NCBI GenBank assembly: GCA_051859245.1
Contig: JBHYGA010000005.1
Coordinates: forward strand, 641,413 to 705,412
From: Gemmatimonadaceae bacterium
GTDB taxonomy: Bacteria > Gemmatimonadota > Gemmatimonadetes > Gemmatimonadales > Gemmatimonadaceae
Length of the DNA: 64,000 bases
Direction of reading: 5' to 3'
The position numbers were made by a program, and so were the translations under genes. Each line of letters opens with the position of its first letter. The stretch's first letter is position 1. Under the pieces are notes generated by a model. It saw only the letters and a list, made by a program, of their open reading frames with translations. It was not told the origin of the DNA and did not search any database. Shown one piece after another: positions 19,754 through 30,078 of the stretch.

Positions 19754-20515
19754 TCAGCGAGCAAACAAGTGAGCGACATCTTCCGCGAACGGTTCGCGGT
19801 CCTGCGGTGATTCTGCGGCCGCATCGTCTGCTTTGCATGCCAGCTGGAAGCGACGAGCGCGCGGCAAGGTGGCGGTGTGGCCGTTGATCTGGCCGGACAC
19901 GCGACCGTCGGCGTTGAGCGACAGCGTGCCCGCCGCAACGGCTTCAACCACGAGCGGCAACAGTTGATGTTCGATACGTAGCACGCGCTGCGCAAGCGTG
20001 GCCGGTGTATCGTCCGGGTAGACGGGCACAGGCCACTGCGCGGCGATCGTTCCGCGATCGAAATGGTCATCCACAAAGTGCACGGTGGCGCCCGAGATGC
20101 GCACACCGGCGTTGATAACCGCGGTGTGAACACGCATGCCGTACATGCCGGCGCCGCCGAATGCCGGAAGCAGCGACGGATGCACATTCAGCAAACGTCC
20201 CGGCCAGGCAGCGACCACTTCGCTTGGCACCAGCTTGAGATATCCGGCCAGCACCACAAGATCGATCTGTGCGTCGTGCAACAACGTGCGAAGTGCCACA
20301 CCATCGCGCGGATCGGTAATCACCTGCGTGGCGATGCCCCGCGTTGCGGCGCGGGTGAGGGCGCCCGCTGCTGCATTGTCCGACGCAACGAGTGCGATCG
20401 TTCCAGCGGCGGCCGCGTGTGGCTGCGCAAAATGTTCGAGCAGCGATTCCAGATTGGAGCCACCACCCGAGGCAAGCACGGCTATGCGCATGGGACTGAT
20501 GTGGTGAACGTTCAC
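19754..20515 (-). CDS. purN: Phosphoribosylglycinamide formyltransferase
   Basis: IAVLASGGGSNL, LAGY, NVHPSLLP, GATVHFV. Start is 20515 (coupled) or 20491. Confidence 0.95.
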   Translation of the reverse strand: MNVHHISPMRIAVLASGGGSNLESLLEHFAQPHAAAAGTIALVASDNAAAGALTRAATRGIATQVITDPRDGVALRTLLHDAQIDLVVLAGYLKLVPSEVVAAWPGRLLNVHPSLLPAFGGAGMYGMRVHTAVINAGVRISGATVHFVDDHFDRGTIAAQWPVPVYPDDTPATLAQRVLRIEHQLLPLVVEAVAAGTLSLNADGRVSGQINGHTATLPRARRFQLACKADDAAAESPQDREPFAEDVAHLFAR

Positions 20516-21108
20516 GCGGGTGCGTTCAAGGTGGCGAGAAAGTGGGTGACCGCATCGCCGAGCGATGGCATGACGTAGGCCTGCGCGCGAGCCGAATCAA
20601 TGTCGTCCTGACTGGTATCAACACTCGGCACGAGCACGCCAAGTCCGCCTGTTTGCACGGCCGGGCTTACGTCCCGCCAGCGATCGCCAATGTAGGCCGA
20701 ACGCGAAAGGTCGAGGCCGTGCTCGGCGGCCGCGCGAACATACATGCCCAGGCCCGGTTTGCGACAGTCGCACGGTCCGGAAATCTCTGCCCAGTGTGGG
20801 CAATGATAGGTCGCATCAACGCGTGCGCCGGCCGCCGCGAGGTCAGACTCGACACGCGCTCGCACCTGCTGGTACTGCTGCTCGGTGAGCAGCCCACGGG
20901 AAATTCCCGATTGATTCGTTACCACGATCACCGGCACCTGCGCCGCGTTGCACAGCGCGAGCGCATCGGCCACGCCTGCGATGAGTCGAACACGATCAGG
21001 ATCTGACGGATAGTGCGTATCGATCATCAGCGTGCCGTCGCGGTCGACAAAACAAGCAGGTCGGCCCGTTGTTGACCTCGGTGCTGGTGTGGACACGCGC
21101 GCCGTCAC
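20512..21108 (-). CDS. gmhB: HAD-IIIA heptose-bisphosphate / histidinol phosphatase
   Basis: FVDRDGTL, VTNQSGI, CPH...CDCRKP, IGDRWRD. Confidence 0.85.
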   Translation of the reverse strand: MTARVSTPAPRSTTGRPACFVDRDGTLMIDTHYPSDPDRVRLIAGVADALALCNAAQVPVIVVTNQSGISRGLLTEQQYQQVRARVESDLAAAGARVDATYHCPHWAEISGPCDCRKPGLGMYVRAAAEHGLDLSRSAYIGDRWRDVSPAVQTGGLGVLVPSVDTSQDDIDSARAQAYVMPSLGDAVTHFLATLNAPA

Positions 21109-22487
21109 CTGCGTGCAGGCCCGGTGCGCACGACAGTATCCGGCGGCGGCGTTGAATCTCGCCGGGGCGTTGAGTCGCGAGGCGGCGCTGGATCGGCCTT
21201 GGGTGTGAGAATGGTTCGCGTGGCGCTGCCGCGCACACCATTCAGTGACTGCAGGTCACGCGTCTCGATCAGATAACGCGTGTTTGGTGTGAGCGGAGCG
21301 TCGAGCACCACCAGCATTTCGGTGGTCGGCACCGGGCGCGACATCTTGGGCGGTGGCGTGGTGTCGCGTGGAGCGTTGGGTCGCCCACCTCGCAACGTGA
21401 GCAATCGGCGCGCTTCGCGCTGCGCTATTTCTGCGGCGGCCAGGCTATCGCGACGGCGCGCTCTTGCCACGCTGTCAGCGCGTGCCAGCGCCGCACTGTC
21501 TGGTTTGATGGTATCACGCGCCGCCCGCAACGCGGCGATTGAATCCGCTTTTTGTTTGCGACTCAGCGAATCCATTACGAGCTGCTCTTCCTTCGTGCGG
21601 ACAATCACCACGCGTTGGGCGGCGGGCGCCGAGTCAGGCATGGTGCGCAGCGAAAACTGCGGCGGCGTGAACGTTTGTCCAATCGCGAGCGGCTTGTCGA
21701 ATGTCAAACGTAAGCGTCGTCCGCTGTCCTGAATCGCAATGTCAGAGATGCGAACCGGGAGGGTGTCGTGAATGAACGAGTAGAGCTCCACATTCGCGCT
21801 GTCGCGCAATGGAATGCGCACCGTGTCCCACAACTCCGTGCGTTCAAGCAGGCGATTGCCATTACGATCGAGAAACCCGCGCACAATGTACTGACCCGGC
21901 GGAACGTAGCGCAGCGCAAACCGGCCGGCAGTGTCCGTCACGCCAATGTAGGCCAGCGTCGTATCAACCACCGAAATCGCTTCCACAAGTGCGGTGCGCG
22001 CGCCGCGGCCGGCCGGCCAATCAAACACCACACCGGCTACGGTTGTGTTGGGAATTGGACCGCGCGTGGAAAACACGAGGGTCGTTGCGCTGTCGATGGA
22101 GTTGTTACGCAGGTCCTGAAGTCCCGGACGCATGATCACCGTGTAGACCGTGCTGTCCCGGAAACCGTCTTTGGCCTTGATGTCGAGACGCGATCGTTTC
22201 CAGTCCACTTCGACGTCGCCACTTCGCGGACTGATCAGGAACAGTTCGGCGAGTGACGTGGAACCTTTCGGCGCTTCGTTAATGACTTCATCGAACTGCA
22301 AGGTGATCACTTTCGGACGCACCGAGGTGTCGCCGTTTTGCGGCGTGACGCGCAGCAGTTCCGGCGAAAGCTCGTCTGGCGGACCACCGGTTGGCGCAAT
22401 CGCGTTCGCGCACGCAGCCGCGAGCCACGTTCCGAATGCGATGCAGGCCACAAGCAGTGCAGGGCGGCGCACCGACCGTACGCGCAT
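21105..22487 (-). CDS. Ig-like (Big_5) domain lipoprotein
   Basis: Lipobox LAAAC, then PTGGPPD..P, FDE, DLRNN; TGATG overlap with the valS stop. Confidence 0.8.
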   Translation of the reverse strand: MRVRSVRRPALLVACIAFGTWLAAACANAIAPTGGPPDELSPELLRVTPQNGDTSVRPKVITLQFDEVINEAPKGSTSLAELFLISPRSGDVEVDWKRSRLDIKAKDGFRDSTVYTVIMRPGLQDLRNNSIDSATTLVFSTRGPIPNTTVAGVVFDWPAGRGARTALVEAISVVDTTLAYIGVTDTAGRFALRYVPPGQYIVRGFLDRNGNRLLERTELWDTVRIPLRDSANVELYSFIHDTLPVRISDIAIQDSGRRLRLTFDKPLAIGQTFTPPQFSLRTMPDSAPAAQRVVIVRTKEEQLVMDSLSRKQKADSIAALRAARDTIKPDSAALARADSVARARRRDSLAAAEIAQREARRLLTLRGGRPNAPRDTTPPPKMSRPVPTTEMLVVLDAPLTPNTRYLIETRDLQSLNGVRGSATRTILTPKADPAPPRDSTPRRDSTPPPDTVVRTGPARR

Positions 22488-25240
22488 CAGCTCCCCAACC
22501 GGGTGATACGCTCGAGCAACTGCGCATGACGTGCACGCCATTCTTCAGCTTTCGCACGCTCCGCCTCCACCAATGCAGGTGGCGCCTTGGCGGTGAACTT
22601 CTCGTTGGCGAGTCGGCCATCAAGCGCCTGGAGTTGTGTAAACAGCTGTTCAGCCTCGGTTTGCAGTCGACGTCGTTCCTTATCGAGATCCACCATACCC
22701 GCGAGCGGGACGATGAGTTCAAAGCCGTCGCGCAACAGCGCTTGCGCGGCGGCTCCGGCTGGAACGTTCGCCGACAGTGTCATGCGAGAGCGTGACATCG
22801 TGCCCGCGATGCTAGCGAGCTGCGAAAACTCCGCCACGCGCTCAGCGGGTGCGACCAGTGTCGCATCGACCGGCTGGCCGGGGGGCACATTGTACTCGGA
22901 GCGAATCTGTCGAAGTGCGGTGACCGACAGTCGCACGATCTCAAAATCATCGCCGCCCGCGAGTTGGGCGTCCGCCGGACGCGCCGTGGGCCACGGTGCG
23001 TTTGCGCAGTAGGACGACGGACGCGGCAACGGAATGCGTTGCCACAGTTCTTCGGTGATGAAAGGAATGATCGGGTGCAACAAACGAAGCGCCGCGTCGA
23101 ACGCGTGGGCCAGCACGGTGCGCGCGACTTCGCGATCGTCGCCCTCCACTGCGAGACGCGGCTTGACCGACTCGAGATACCAATCGGCCAGTTCGTTCCA
23201 CACAAAGCGCCGCGCTGATTCGGCGTACTCCGCCAAACGCAAACCACGCAGGCGCTCCGCATCACTCCACGCACCGCTGCCAGGACGCGCCGGACCAAGC
23301 GCGGCGTCGCAGTCTTTCACGGCTTCATCGAGACGATCAAGAATCCACCGATCCGCAGCGGTGAGGCGCGCGGCATCGATTTGCTCAAGCGGAGTCACGG
23401 GGGCCGAGCCAACGCGTGACAAAAGAAAACGACCGATATTCCACAACTTCGTGCAGAAGTTGCGGCCCGGCGCAAACGATTTGTCGAGATCGTCCGGATC
23501 GAGCATCACATCCACACCGAGCCCGAGGCCGGCGATCACTGTCCATCGCAGTGCGTCCGCGCCGTAGTCGCGCACGACGTCCAGCGGATCAATGCCGTTG
23601 CCGAGCGACTTGGACATTTTGCGGTGCTGCATGTCGCGCACGGTGCCGTGCAAGTACACCGTATGGAACGGTGACTTGCCCATGAACCATTCGCCGGCCA
23701 TCACCATGCGGGCCACCCAGAAGAACAGAATTTCCGGTGCGGTGACGAGCACATCACTTGGATAGAACGCCTTCAGATCAGGCGCGTCTTCATTGGGCCA
23801 GCCGAGCGTGCTCATGGGCCAGAGCCACGACGAGAACCACGTGTCGAGCACGTCGTCGTCCTGGCGCACCGCACCGCCGCACCTGGTACACGCCGTGATG
23901 TCATCACGACTCACAATGGGTTCCGTGCCACACGCGTCGCAGTACCACACCGGAATGCGATGGCCCCACCAGAGCTGCCGCGAAATATTCCAGTCGCGAA
24001 TGCCCTCGAGCCAGTTCACGTACACCGCTTCCCAGCGCTCCGGCAGAATGCGCAGCTCACCCGTTCGCAGTGCGGCCAGCGCTTTGTCCGCCAACGGCTG
24101 CATGCGCACGAACCACTGGTCCGACAAGCGCGGCTCCACCACCGTGTCGCAGCGATAACAATGACGCACGCTGTGATCATGCGCGTCGATCTTCTGCAGC
24201 ACGCCTGACTGCGTGAGCAGCGCCACGATCTGTTTGCGTGCTTCAAAACGATCGAGTCCACGCAACGCGTCCGGCACGCGGCCGTCGGCGTCGGTGACTT
24301 CACGCACCACGCCTTCGGCATCAATGACAACCGGCATCGCAAGCGCGTGACGCTTGCCCACTTCAAAATCGTTCGCGTCGTGCGCTGGCGTAATTTTTAC
24401 CGCACCCGATCCGAACGCCGGATCGGTGTACGGATCCGCAATGACCGGAATGCGAACGTTCGACAGCGGCAGCAACAGTTGCTTGCCCACGAGATCACGA
24501 TACCGCGCATCGTCAGGATGCACGGCCACGGCCACGTCACCGAGCATGGTCTCGGGGCGCGTGGTGGCCACCGTAATGCCACGCGTTGGATCGTCGGCCA
24601 GCGGATAGCGCAGATGGTACAGCTTGCCGGCCGTATCGTTGAACTCGGCTTCTTCATCCGAGAGCGATGTCCCGCAGCGCGTGCACCAGTGAATGACGCG
24701 GTGGCCCTTGTACACCAATCCGTCTTCATGCAAACGCACAAACGCTTCGCGCACCGCGCGCGAAAGTTCGGGCGAGAGCGTGTACGCCGTGCGTGTAAAG
24801 TCTGCCGACGCACCAATCGATTTGAGCTGCTGCAGAATCGTGCCGCCGGTTTCGGCCACAAACTGCGCCGTGCGCGCCACAAACGCGTCGCGCCCCAGAT
24901 CAAAGCGCGTCTGACCGTCGCGCGCGACCTGTTTCTCCACCACGTTCTGCGTAGCAATGCCGGCGTGATCCGTGCCGGGCATCCAGAGCGCTTCGTCGCC
25001 GGCCATGCGGCGCCAGCGAATGAGCACATCCTGCACGCTGTTATTGAGACCGTGGCCCATGTGCAGAACGGCCGTCACGTTGGGCGGCGGAATCATGACT
25101 ACGAAGGACGGGCGCGTGGCCGCGCGGGCCGGATCGGCGATGAACACGCCATCGGCGGTCCAGCGATCGTACCAGGTGCGTTCCATGGACGACGGCTCGA
25201 AAGTCGCCGGCAATTCGTCGAGGTTGGTGTATCCGGTCAT
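22487..25240 (-). CDS. valS: Valine--tRNA ligase
   Basis: PPPNVT.LHMGH, DWNISRQLWWGHRIP, KMSKS, C-terminal coiled coil. Confidence 0.98.
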   Translation of the reverse strand: MTGYTNLDELPATFEPSSMERTWYDRWTADGVFIADPARAATRPSFVVMIPPPNVTAVLHMGHGLNNSVQDVLIRWRRMAGDEALWMPGTDHAGIATQNVVEKQVARDGQTRFDLGRDAFVARTAQFVAETGGTILQQLKSIGASADFTRTAYTLSPELSRAVREAFVRLHEDGLVYKGHRVIHWCTRCGTSLSDEEAEFNDTAGKLYHLRYPLADDPTRGITVATTRPETMLGDVAVAVHPDDARYRDLVGKQLLLPLSNVRIPVIADPYTDPAFGSGAVKITPAHDANDFEVGKRHALAMPVVIDAEGVVREVTDADGRVPDALRGLDRFEARKQIVALLTQSGVLQKIDAHDHSVRHCYRCDTVVEPRLSDQWFVRMQPLADKALAALRTGELRILPERWEAVYVNWLEGIRDWNISRQLWWGHRIPVWYCDACGTEPIVSRDDITACTRCGGAVRQDDDVLDTWFSSWLWPMSTLGWPNEDAPDLKAFYPSDVLVTAPEILFFWVARMVMAGEWFMGKSPFHTVYLHGTVRDMQHRKMSKSLGNGIDPLDVVRDYGADALRWTVIAGLGLGVDVMLDPDDLDKSFAPGRNFCTKLWNIGRFLLSRVGSAPVTPLEQIDAARLTAADRWILDRLDEAVKDCDAALGPARPGSGAWSDAERLRGLRLAEYAESARRFVWNELADWYLESVKPRLAVEGDDREVARTVLAHAFDAALRLLHPIIPFITEELWQRIPLPRPSSYCANAPWPTARPADAQLAGGDDFEIVRLSVTALRQIRSEYNVPPGQPVDATLVAPAERVAEFSQLASIAGTMSRSRMTLSANVPAGAAAQALLRDGFELIVPLAGMVDLDKERRRLQTEAEQLFTQLQALDGRLANEKFTAKAPPALVEAERAKAEEWRARHAQLLERITRLGS

Positions 25241-25309
25241 GTGGCGTAAGCTAGGCGGCCGGCCCGTATGCGAGGTGCATGGGACCGGCCGAAGGACAGG
25301 CGCAGACGG

Positions 25310-26011
25310 TTAATCGGCGCGCGGCGGAGATGCCGCATCAAGTGGATCGGCGGGTGGTCGCGCGTCGGTCGCGCGCCGCGCCCGGGCCGGCTTGCGAACG
25401 GTCAGTTGGTCAACCACGTGAAACACATCGGGGACGCCACGCGCAATCGTGATCGCATGCTCGACCTCGGCGTCGGAGTGGACCCAACCAGTCAATTCAA
25501 TCACACCGGTCGCGATGGCACCAATATCAATCGCGCGCTCGCGCAGGATCGGATCGTGATGGAACGCTTCCAGCACTCGGGCCTCGAGCGTCAGCACATC
25601 CGGCGCCGACGCACGCTGTGCGGCCGAAGCGCCCCCACTGCGGACTTTCCGATCCTCGGCGCGGGTAGACCCCACGTGTAGATGCGCAACGGACTCCGGC
25701 GACAGATCGTCGTCGTGGTCGTCGTCATGCGCATCGTCGTGGTCGTACTCATGGTCGGCTTCGTCCAGCAGCTCGTCGGCGTCCTCATAGCCACCGTCGG
25801 CATCATGCAGACCGTAGGGGAGCTCCTGCGTCTCCTCGGCGCTTTCAGCGCCGGCTCGCCTGAGGGAAGCGCGGCCGCGTTTCACAAGGCGATCCAGTCC
25901 GCCGAGACGATCCGCGAGCAGAGCGCCCGCGACGGCGCCCGCGGCGACGCCGAGGGAGAGCAGCAGCAGGCTATTGGGACGCGAGGACTTACGCATGGTT
26001 CGACGGGGCAC
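25310..26011 (-). CDS. BON domain protein with N-terminal membrane anchor and Asp/His-rich linker
   Basis: GVIELTGWV...ARGVPDVFHVVDQL BON pattern; DEADHEYDHDDAHDDDHDDD tract. Confidence 0.8.
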   Translation of the reverse strand: MPRRTMRKSSRPNSLLLLSLGVAAGAVAGALLADRLGGLDRLVKRGRASLRRAGAESAEETQELPYGLHDADGGYEDADELLDEADHEYDHDDAHDDDHDDDLSPESVAHLHVGSTRAEDRKVRSGGASAAQRASAPDVLTLEARVLEAFHHDPILRERAIDIGAIATGVIELTGWVHSDAEVEHAITIARGVPDVFHVVDQLTVRKPARARRATDARPPADPLDAASPPRAD

Positions 26012-26180
26012 GGAGACGCTCCTTCATTGTGGCGCTGTACATTCCTGAACGATAACTTGGCTACGAGCGTGGGGCGACTCTCAACTTGTTGCCCGGCGCA
26101 AACTTCGATACCCCGCTTCGCCCCGTTTCGTCCCCCGATCGCCTGACGATTGTGTGGACGCTCCTCTGTCCGTGTCCTGT

Positions 26181-28166
26181 ATGTCCGATTTGCGCACCGC
26201 TCCCGCTGACCTGATTGTTCTCACACTCCCCGACGGCAACACGCGCGAGGTGCCCGCCGGCACGCTCGCGCGAGACGTGGTGGGGTCAATTGGAGCGCGT
26301 TTGCTCAGCGCCTCGGTGGCCGTGGCCGTGGATGGCGAAGTGGTCGACCTGATGACGCCGCTGCGCAAGAGCGGCGCCTTTGTGGTGATCACTGATAAGG
26401 ATCCGCGGGCGCTGGAGGTACTGCGCCACTCAGGCGCCCACATTCTGGCCACCGCCGTTCGCCGACTGCGTCCCGACGCGGCGATTGGCTTTGGACCGGC
26501 CATCGACGACGGCTTTTACTACGACTTTGACGTCGAGAAGCCCTTCACGCCCGACGATCTGGCGGCGTTTGAGGCCGAAATGCGGAAGGTCGTGGCCGAG
26601 AAATACCCGTTTGTGCGCGAGGAAGTGTCGCTTGAGGAGGCGCGCGCGCGGTTTGCCGGCGACCCGCTCAAGATGGAGCGCCTGGCCGACTTTGAAGGCA
26701 GCGACGAAGTGATTTCCGTGTACACCGACGGTCCGTTCGTGGATCTCTGTCGTGGACCGCACGTGCCCGATACGTCGTACCTGAAGCACTTCAAGTTGTT
26801 GTCCATTGCCGGCGCGTATTGGCGCGGTGATGTGAAGCGACAGATGCTGCAGCGCATCTATGCAACGGCGTTCTGGAAGAAAGACGAGCTCGACACACAT
26901 TTGCACCAGCTCGAAGAAGCGAAGAAGCGCGACCACCGCGTACTCGGCAAGTCGCTCGATCTTTTCTTCTTCAGCCCGGTGTCACCGGGTGCGGCGTTCT
27001 GGACCGAACGCGGCACAGTCATTGTGAATGAGCTGCAGGCGTATCTGCGCGACTTGCAGCGCGACGGGTATCAGGAAATCCGCACGCCGCTGCTGTACAA
27101 CAAGTCGCTCTGGGAAACGTCGGGACACTGGGGCAAGTATCGCGAGAACATGTTCCTCGTGCTGGATAATGAGACGGGCGAGCACGATATGTCGCTCAAA
27201 CCGATGAACTGTCCGTCGCATTACGTGATGTATGCGTCGAAGAAACATTCGTACCGCGAACTGCCGCTGCGCTTCAATACGTACGATGTGCTGCATCGCA
27301 ATGAAGTAACTGGCGCGTTGTCGGGCCTAACGCGCGTGCGTCAGTTCCAGCAAGACGACTGTCACATTTTCCTGATGGAATCGCAGATCGCCGATGAAGT
27401 GCGGCAACTTGTGCAGTTCATTTTGTCGTACTATCGCACGTTTGGACTTACGGCCACGCTCAAGTTCGCGACGCGTCCGGCCACGCGCATTGGTAGCGAC
27501 GCAATGTGGGATCAGGCCGAAGCGGCGCTGCGTGGCGCGCTCGAAGCAACTGGTCTGCCGTACGAACTCAAAGAAGGCGACGGCGCGTTCTACGGGCCGA
27601 AAATCGACTTTGACGTGCACGATTCCATTGGTCGCGCGTGGCAGCTGGGCACCATTCAGCTCGACTACGCCGCACCGGAACGGTTTGACCTCTCGTACGT
27701 GGGCGAGGATAACAGTGCACACCGTCCGGTGATTATTCACCGCGCGGTATCTGGTTCGTTCGAACGCTTCACGGCCATCCTCATTGAACACTTTGCCGGC
27801 GCGTTCCCGGTGTGGCTCGCACCTGAGCAGATCCGCGTGATTCCGATTGCGGATGACTATCGCGAAACGTGTGAAGCACTGGTGGCGCGCTTCCGTGCCA
27901 AGGGATTGAGAGCGACGGTTGATGCGCGAAACGAAACGCTGAACTACCGCGTACGCGATGGCGAGATGCAGAAAGTGCCGTACATGGCAGTGGTCGGGAA
28001 GCGCGAAGCCGAAGAGGCCACAGTTGCGCTCCGGGTTCGTCACACGGGCAAGAAGCAGGAGATTCTCTCGGTGGATGCATTCGAAGAACGTGTGCTGCAT
28101 GAAGTGCGCACCCGCGCGCTCACGCCGATGCCGGTCGCCGCTTCAACCGACGAGGCGAGCGCGTGA
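26181..28166 (+). CDS. thrS: Threonine--tRNA ligase
   Basis: TGS domain, RHSGAH, DLCRGPHVP, KPMNCP, FYGPKID, IIHRA. ATG 26181 preferred. Confidence 0.98.
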   Translation: MSDLRTAPADLIVLTLPDGNTREVPAGTLARDVVGSIGARLLSASVAVAVDGEVVDLMTPLRKSGAFVVITDKDPRALEVLRHSGAHILATAVRRLRPDAAIGFGPAIDDGFYYDFDVEKPFTPDDLAAFEAEMRKVVAEKYPFVREEVSLEEARARFAGDPLKMERLADFEGSDEVISVYTDGPFVDLCRGPHVPDTSYLKHFKLLSIAGAYWRGDVKRQMLQRIYATAFWKKDELDTHLHQLEEAKKRDHRVLGKSLDLFFFSPVSPGAAFWTERGTVIVNELQAYLRDLQRDGYQEIRTPLLYNKSLWETSGHWGKYRENMFLVLDNETGEHDMSLKPMNCPSHYVMYASKKHSYRELPLRFNTYDVLHRNEVTGALSGLTRVRQFQQDDCHIFLMESQIADEVRQLVQFILSYYRTFGLTATLKFATRPATRIGSDAMWDQAEAALRGALEATGLPYELKEGDGAFYGPKIDFDVHDSIGRAWQLGTIQLDYAAPERFDLSYVGEDNSAHRPVIIHRAVSGSFERFTAILIEHFAGAFPVWLAPEQIRVIPIADDYRETCEALVARFRAKGLRATVDARNETLNYRVRDGEMQKVPYMAVVGKREAEEATVALRVRHTGKKQEILSVDAFEERVLHEVRTRALTPMPVAASTDEASA

Positions 28167-29413
28167 CGCCGGACGGATTGCTCGATCTCTTTGTGCTCTC
28201 GCCCGTTGGTATCGTGGCGATGAACGACGAGGGCGAAGTCGAGGTCGCCAATCCGTCGGCCAAACGGCTGTTGCATCCGTTCCTGCGCAGTGGCGACTTG
28301 TCGCCGTTCTTTGATGTGTTAGCGCCGTGGGTGGGTGACCTCGGCAGTCGGGCGCGCGCGTTTGAAGAGCCGCGTGGTGTCGTGCAGGAAGGTCTCACAT
28401 TGCTTGTGCCGAGTGCTCGCGACGAGATGCAGTCGCTGCTCTTGTCGCTGGTGAAACGTGGTCCGGGTCAGTTCATCGCACTCGTGACCGATTCGTCACG
28501 GGTAGCGGAACTCGATGCCGAAGTGCGCGTCCTGTCGGCTCGCCTTCGTGCGGTGGATCAGGGAGTACGCGACTACGCACTCTATCTCGTGGACGGCGAT
28601 GGTATCGTGCAGTCGTGGAGCGAGTCGTCAGAGCGTGTGCATCAGTGTGCCGCCAGCGACATCGTGGGTCAGTCCATGGCGGTATTGGCGCCGGCTGATG
28701 CCGGTGGCGAGTCGCACGTACGCGATCTGCTGAACGCCGCTGAGCAGAACGGATGGAGTGAAGAAGAGGGCATGCGTCTTCGACGCGATGGCACGCCCTT
28801 CTGGGCCACCACCGTGGTGGCAAGTTTGCACGTGAACGATGGCGCGAAGCAGTTTCAGGTGATCACGCGCGATTTGTCTGAGCGTCGTCGATTGGAAGAT
28901 CTGGTGCGTGAGGGCGTGGGTACGTCGACAGACGATCTCACGGGTGTGGCCACGCGTCGCGGTTTTTACGATGTGGCGTCAACGGAAATCGCGCGTGCGC
29001 GTCGTTACGGACAGCCGCTCACGATTCTGCTGGTTGATCCGGACAAGTTCCGCGACTTGAACGAAGCGCACGGCACCGAGTTTGGTGACGAATGTTTGCG
29101 CGCGATCGCGTGGGTGTGTCGTCAGGAGTCACGCACCACCGACGTGATTGGTCGTGTGGGCGGCGAAGAGTTTGCGGTGCTGCTGCCGAGCACGGAACTG
29201 CCGGGTGGCCTGGTGTTGGCCGAGCGTATTCGTGAGCGCATGCAGCGCCATGTGTTCCCCGGTGCGCACAGTGGTGTGCGCTGCACGCTGAGTGTCGGTG
29301 TGGCCGAGTTGGCGGAGGAGGCCAGCACGGTGGATGGACTGCTGGCCATGGCGGATACGGCCGTGGCACGCGCCAAACAGGCGGGGCGGAACCTCGTTGT
29401 TGGGTTGGACTAG
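28163..29413 (+). CDS. PAS-PAS-GGDEF diguanylate cyclase
   Basis: PAS/PAC (RRDGTPFWA), DDLTG, RTTD I-site, RVGGEEF, AKQAGRN. Confidence 0.92.
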   Translation: MTPDGLLDLFVLSPVGIVAMNDEGEVEVANPSAKRLLHPFLRSGDLSPFFDVLAPWVGDLGSRARAFEEPRGVVQEGLTLLVPSARDEMQSLLLSLVKRGPGQFIALVTDSSRVAELDAEVRVLSARLRAVDQGVRDYALYLVDGDGIVQSWSESSERVHQCAASDIVGQSMAVLAPADAGGESHVRDLLNAAEQNGWSEEEGMRLRRDGTPFWATTVVASLHVNDGAKQFQVITRDLSERRRLEDLVREGVGTSTDDLTGVATRRGFYDVASTEIARARRYGQPLTILLVDPDKFRDLNEAHGTEFGDECLRAIAWVCRQESRTTDVIGRVGGEEFAVLLPSTELPGGLVLAERIRERMQRHVFPGAHSGVRCTLSVGVAELAEEASTVDGLLAMADTAVARAKQAGRNLVVGLD

Positions 29414-29448
29414 TCGCACGCGCGAGCGCCGCACTCAGGCGGTCGCGC

Positions 29449-29967
29449 TCAGGTCGCGTACCGCGCCGCCGCCATGCCGATCGCGCTCAGCACCACAAGT
29501 ACCATGGCGGCCGCGCTGGATCGTACCGTCAGCATGCGTGCACGTCCCAATTGCGCACTGATCGTCGCGTGATCACTTGCTGAACCCGGCTGTTGCAGCA
29601 TCGCCGCCAGCCGCAGCGCGCGCGCTGATGCCGGGCGAATCACCAGCATGGCGACAAGAAACGCCAGAATGCCAAATAGCGCGCCCCAGGCCAGCATGCG
29701 GCCCATTGGCAACGTGAAATAGGTCCGAGAAAAACCGCCGGAAGTGATCCACATGAGCCGCGCACCAGAGGCGATCGTGAGCACGCCGATGGTGGGCAGC
29801 ACCGTGAACAGCCGCCGCGCCTGCAATCCGGCCATCACCGTGGACGCGGTGGACTGACCGGCGCGGATGAGCACTGGCGTGAGAAAGAGCACCGTGAAGA
29901 GGCTCGAGCCCACCCAGAACATGCCGCACAGAATGTGAACCACGCGAAGCAACAGGAGCTCGATCAT
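29449..29967 (-). CDS. Four-TM membrane protein, CopD-like
   Basis: HILCGMFWVG resembles the CopD HxxxxxxWxG motif; four hydrophobic helices. Confidence 0.55.
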   Translation of the reverse strand: MIELLLLRVVHILCGMFWVGSSLFTVLFLTPVLIRAGQSTASTVMAGLQARRLFTVLPTIGVLTIASGARLMWITSGGFSRTYFTLPMGRMLAWGALFGILAFLVAMLVIRPASARALRLAAMLQQPGSASDHATISAQLGRARMLTVRSSAAAMVLVVLSAIGMAAARYAT

Positions 29968-30078
29968 GCGCTATGAGTAACCGAGCGGACGGCGGCGCGC
30001 ACAGGGTCAGACGTACCATCTTCGTCTTCGGCGGCGGTCTGGCTGGACGGCGGGGGCCGCAGACCGCACCTTTGCCGC

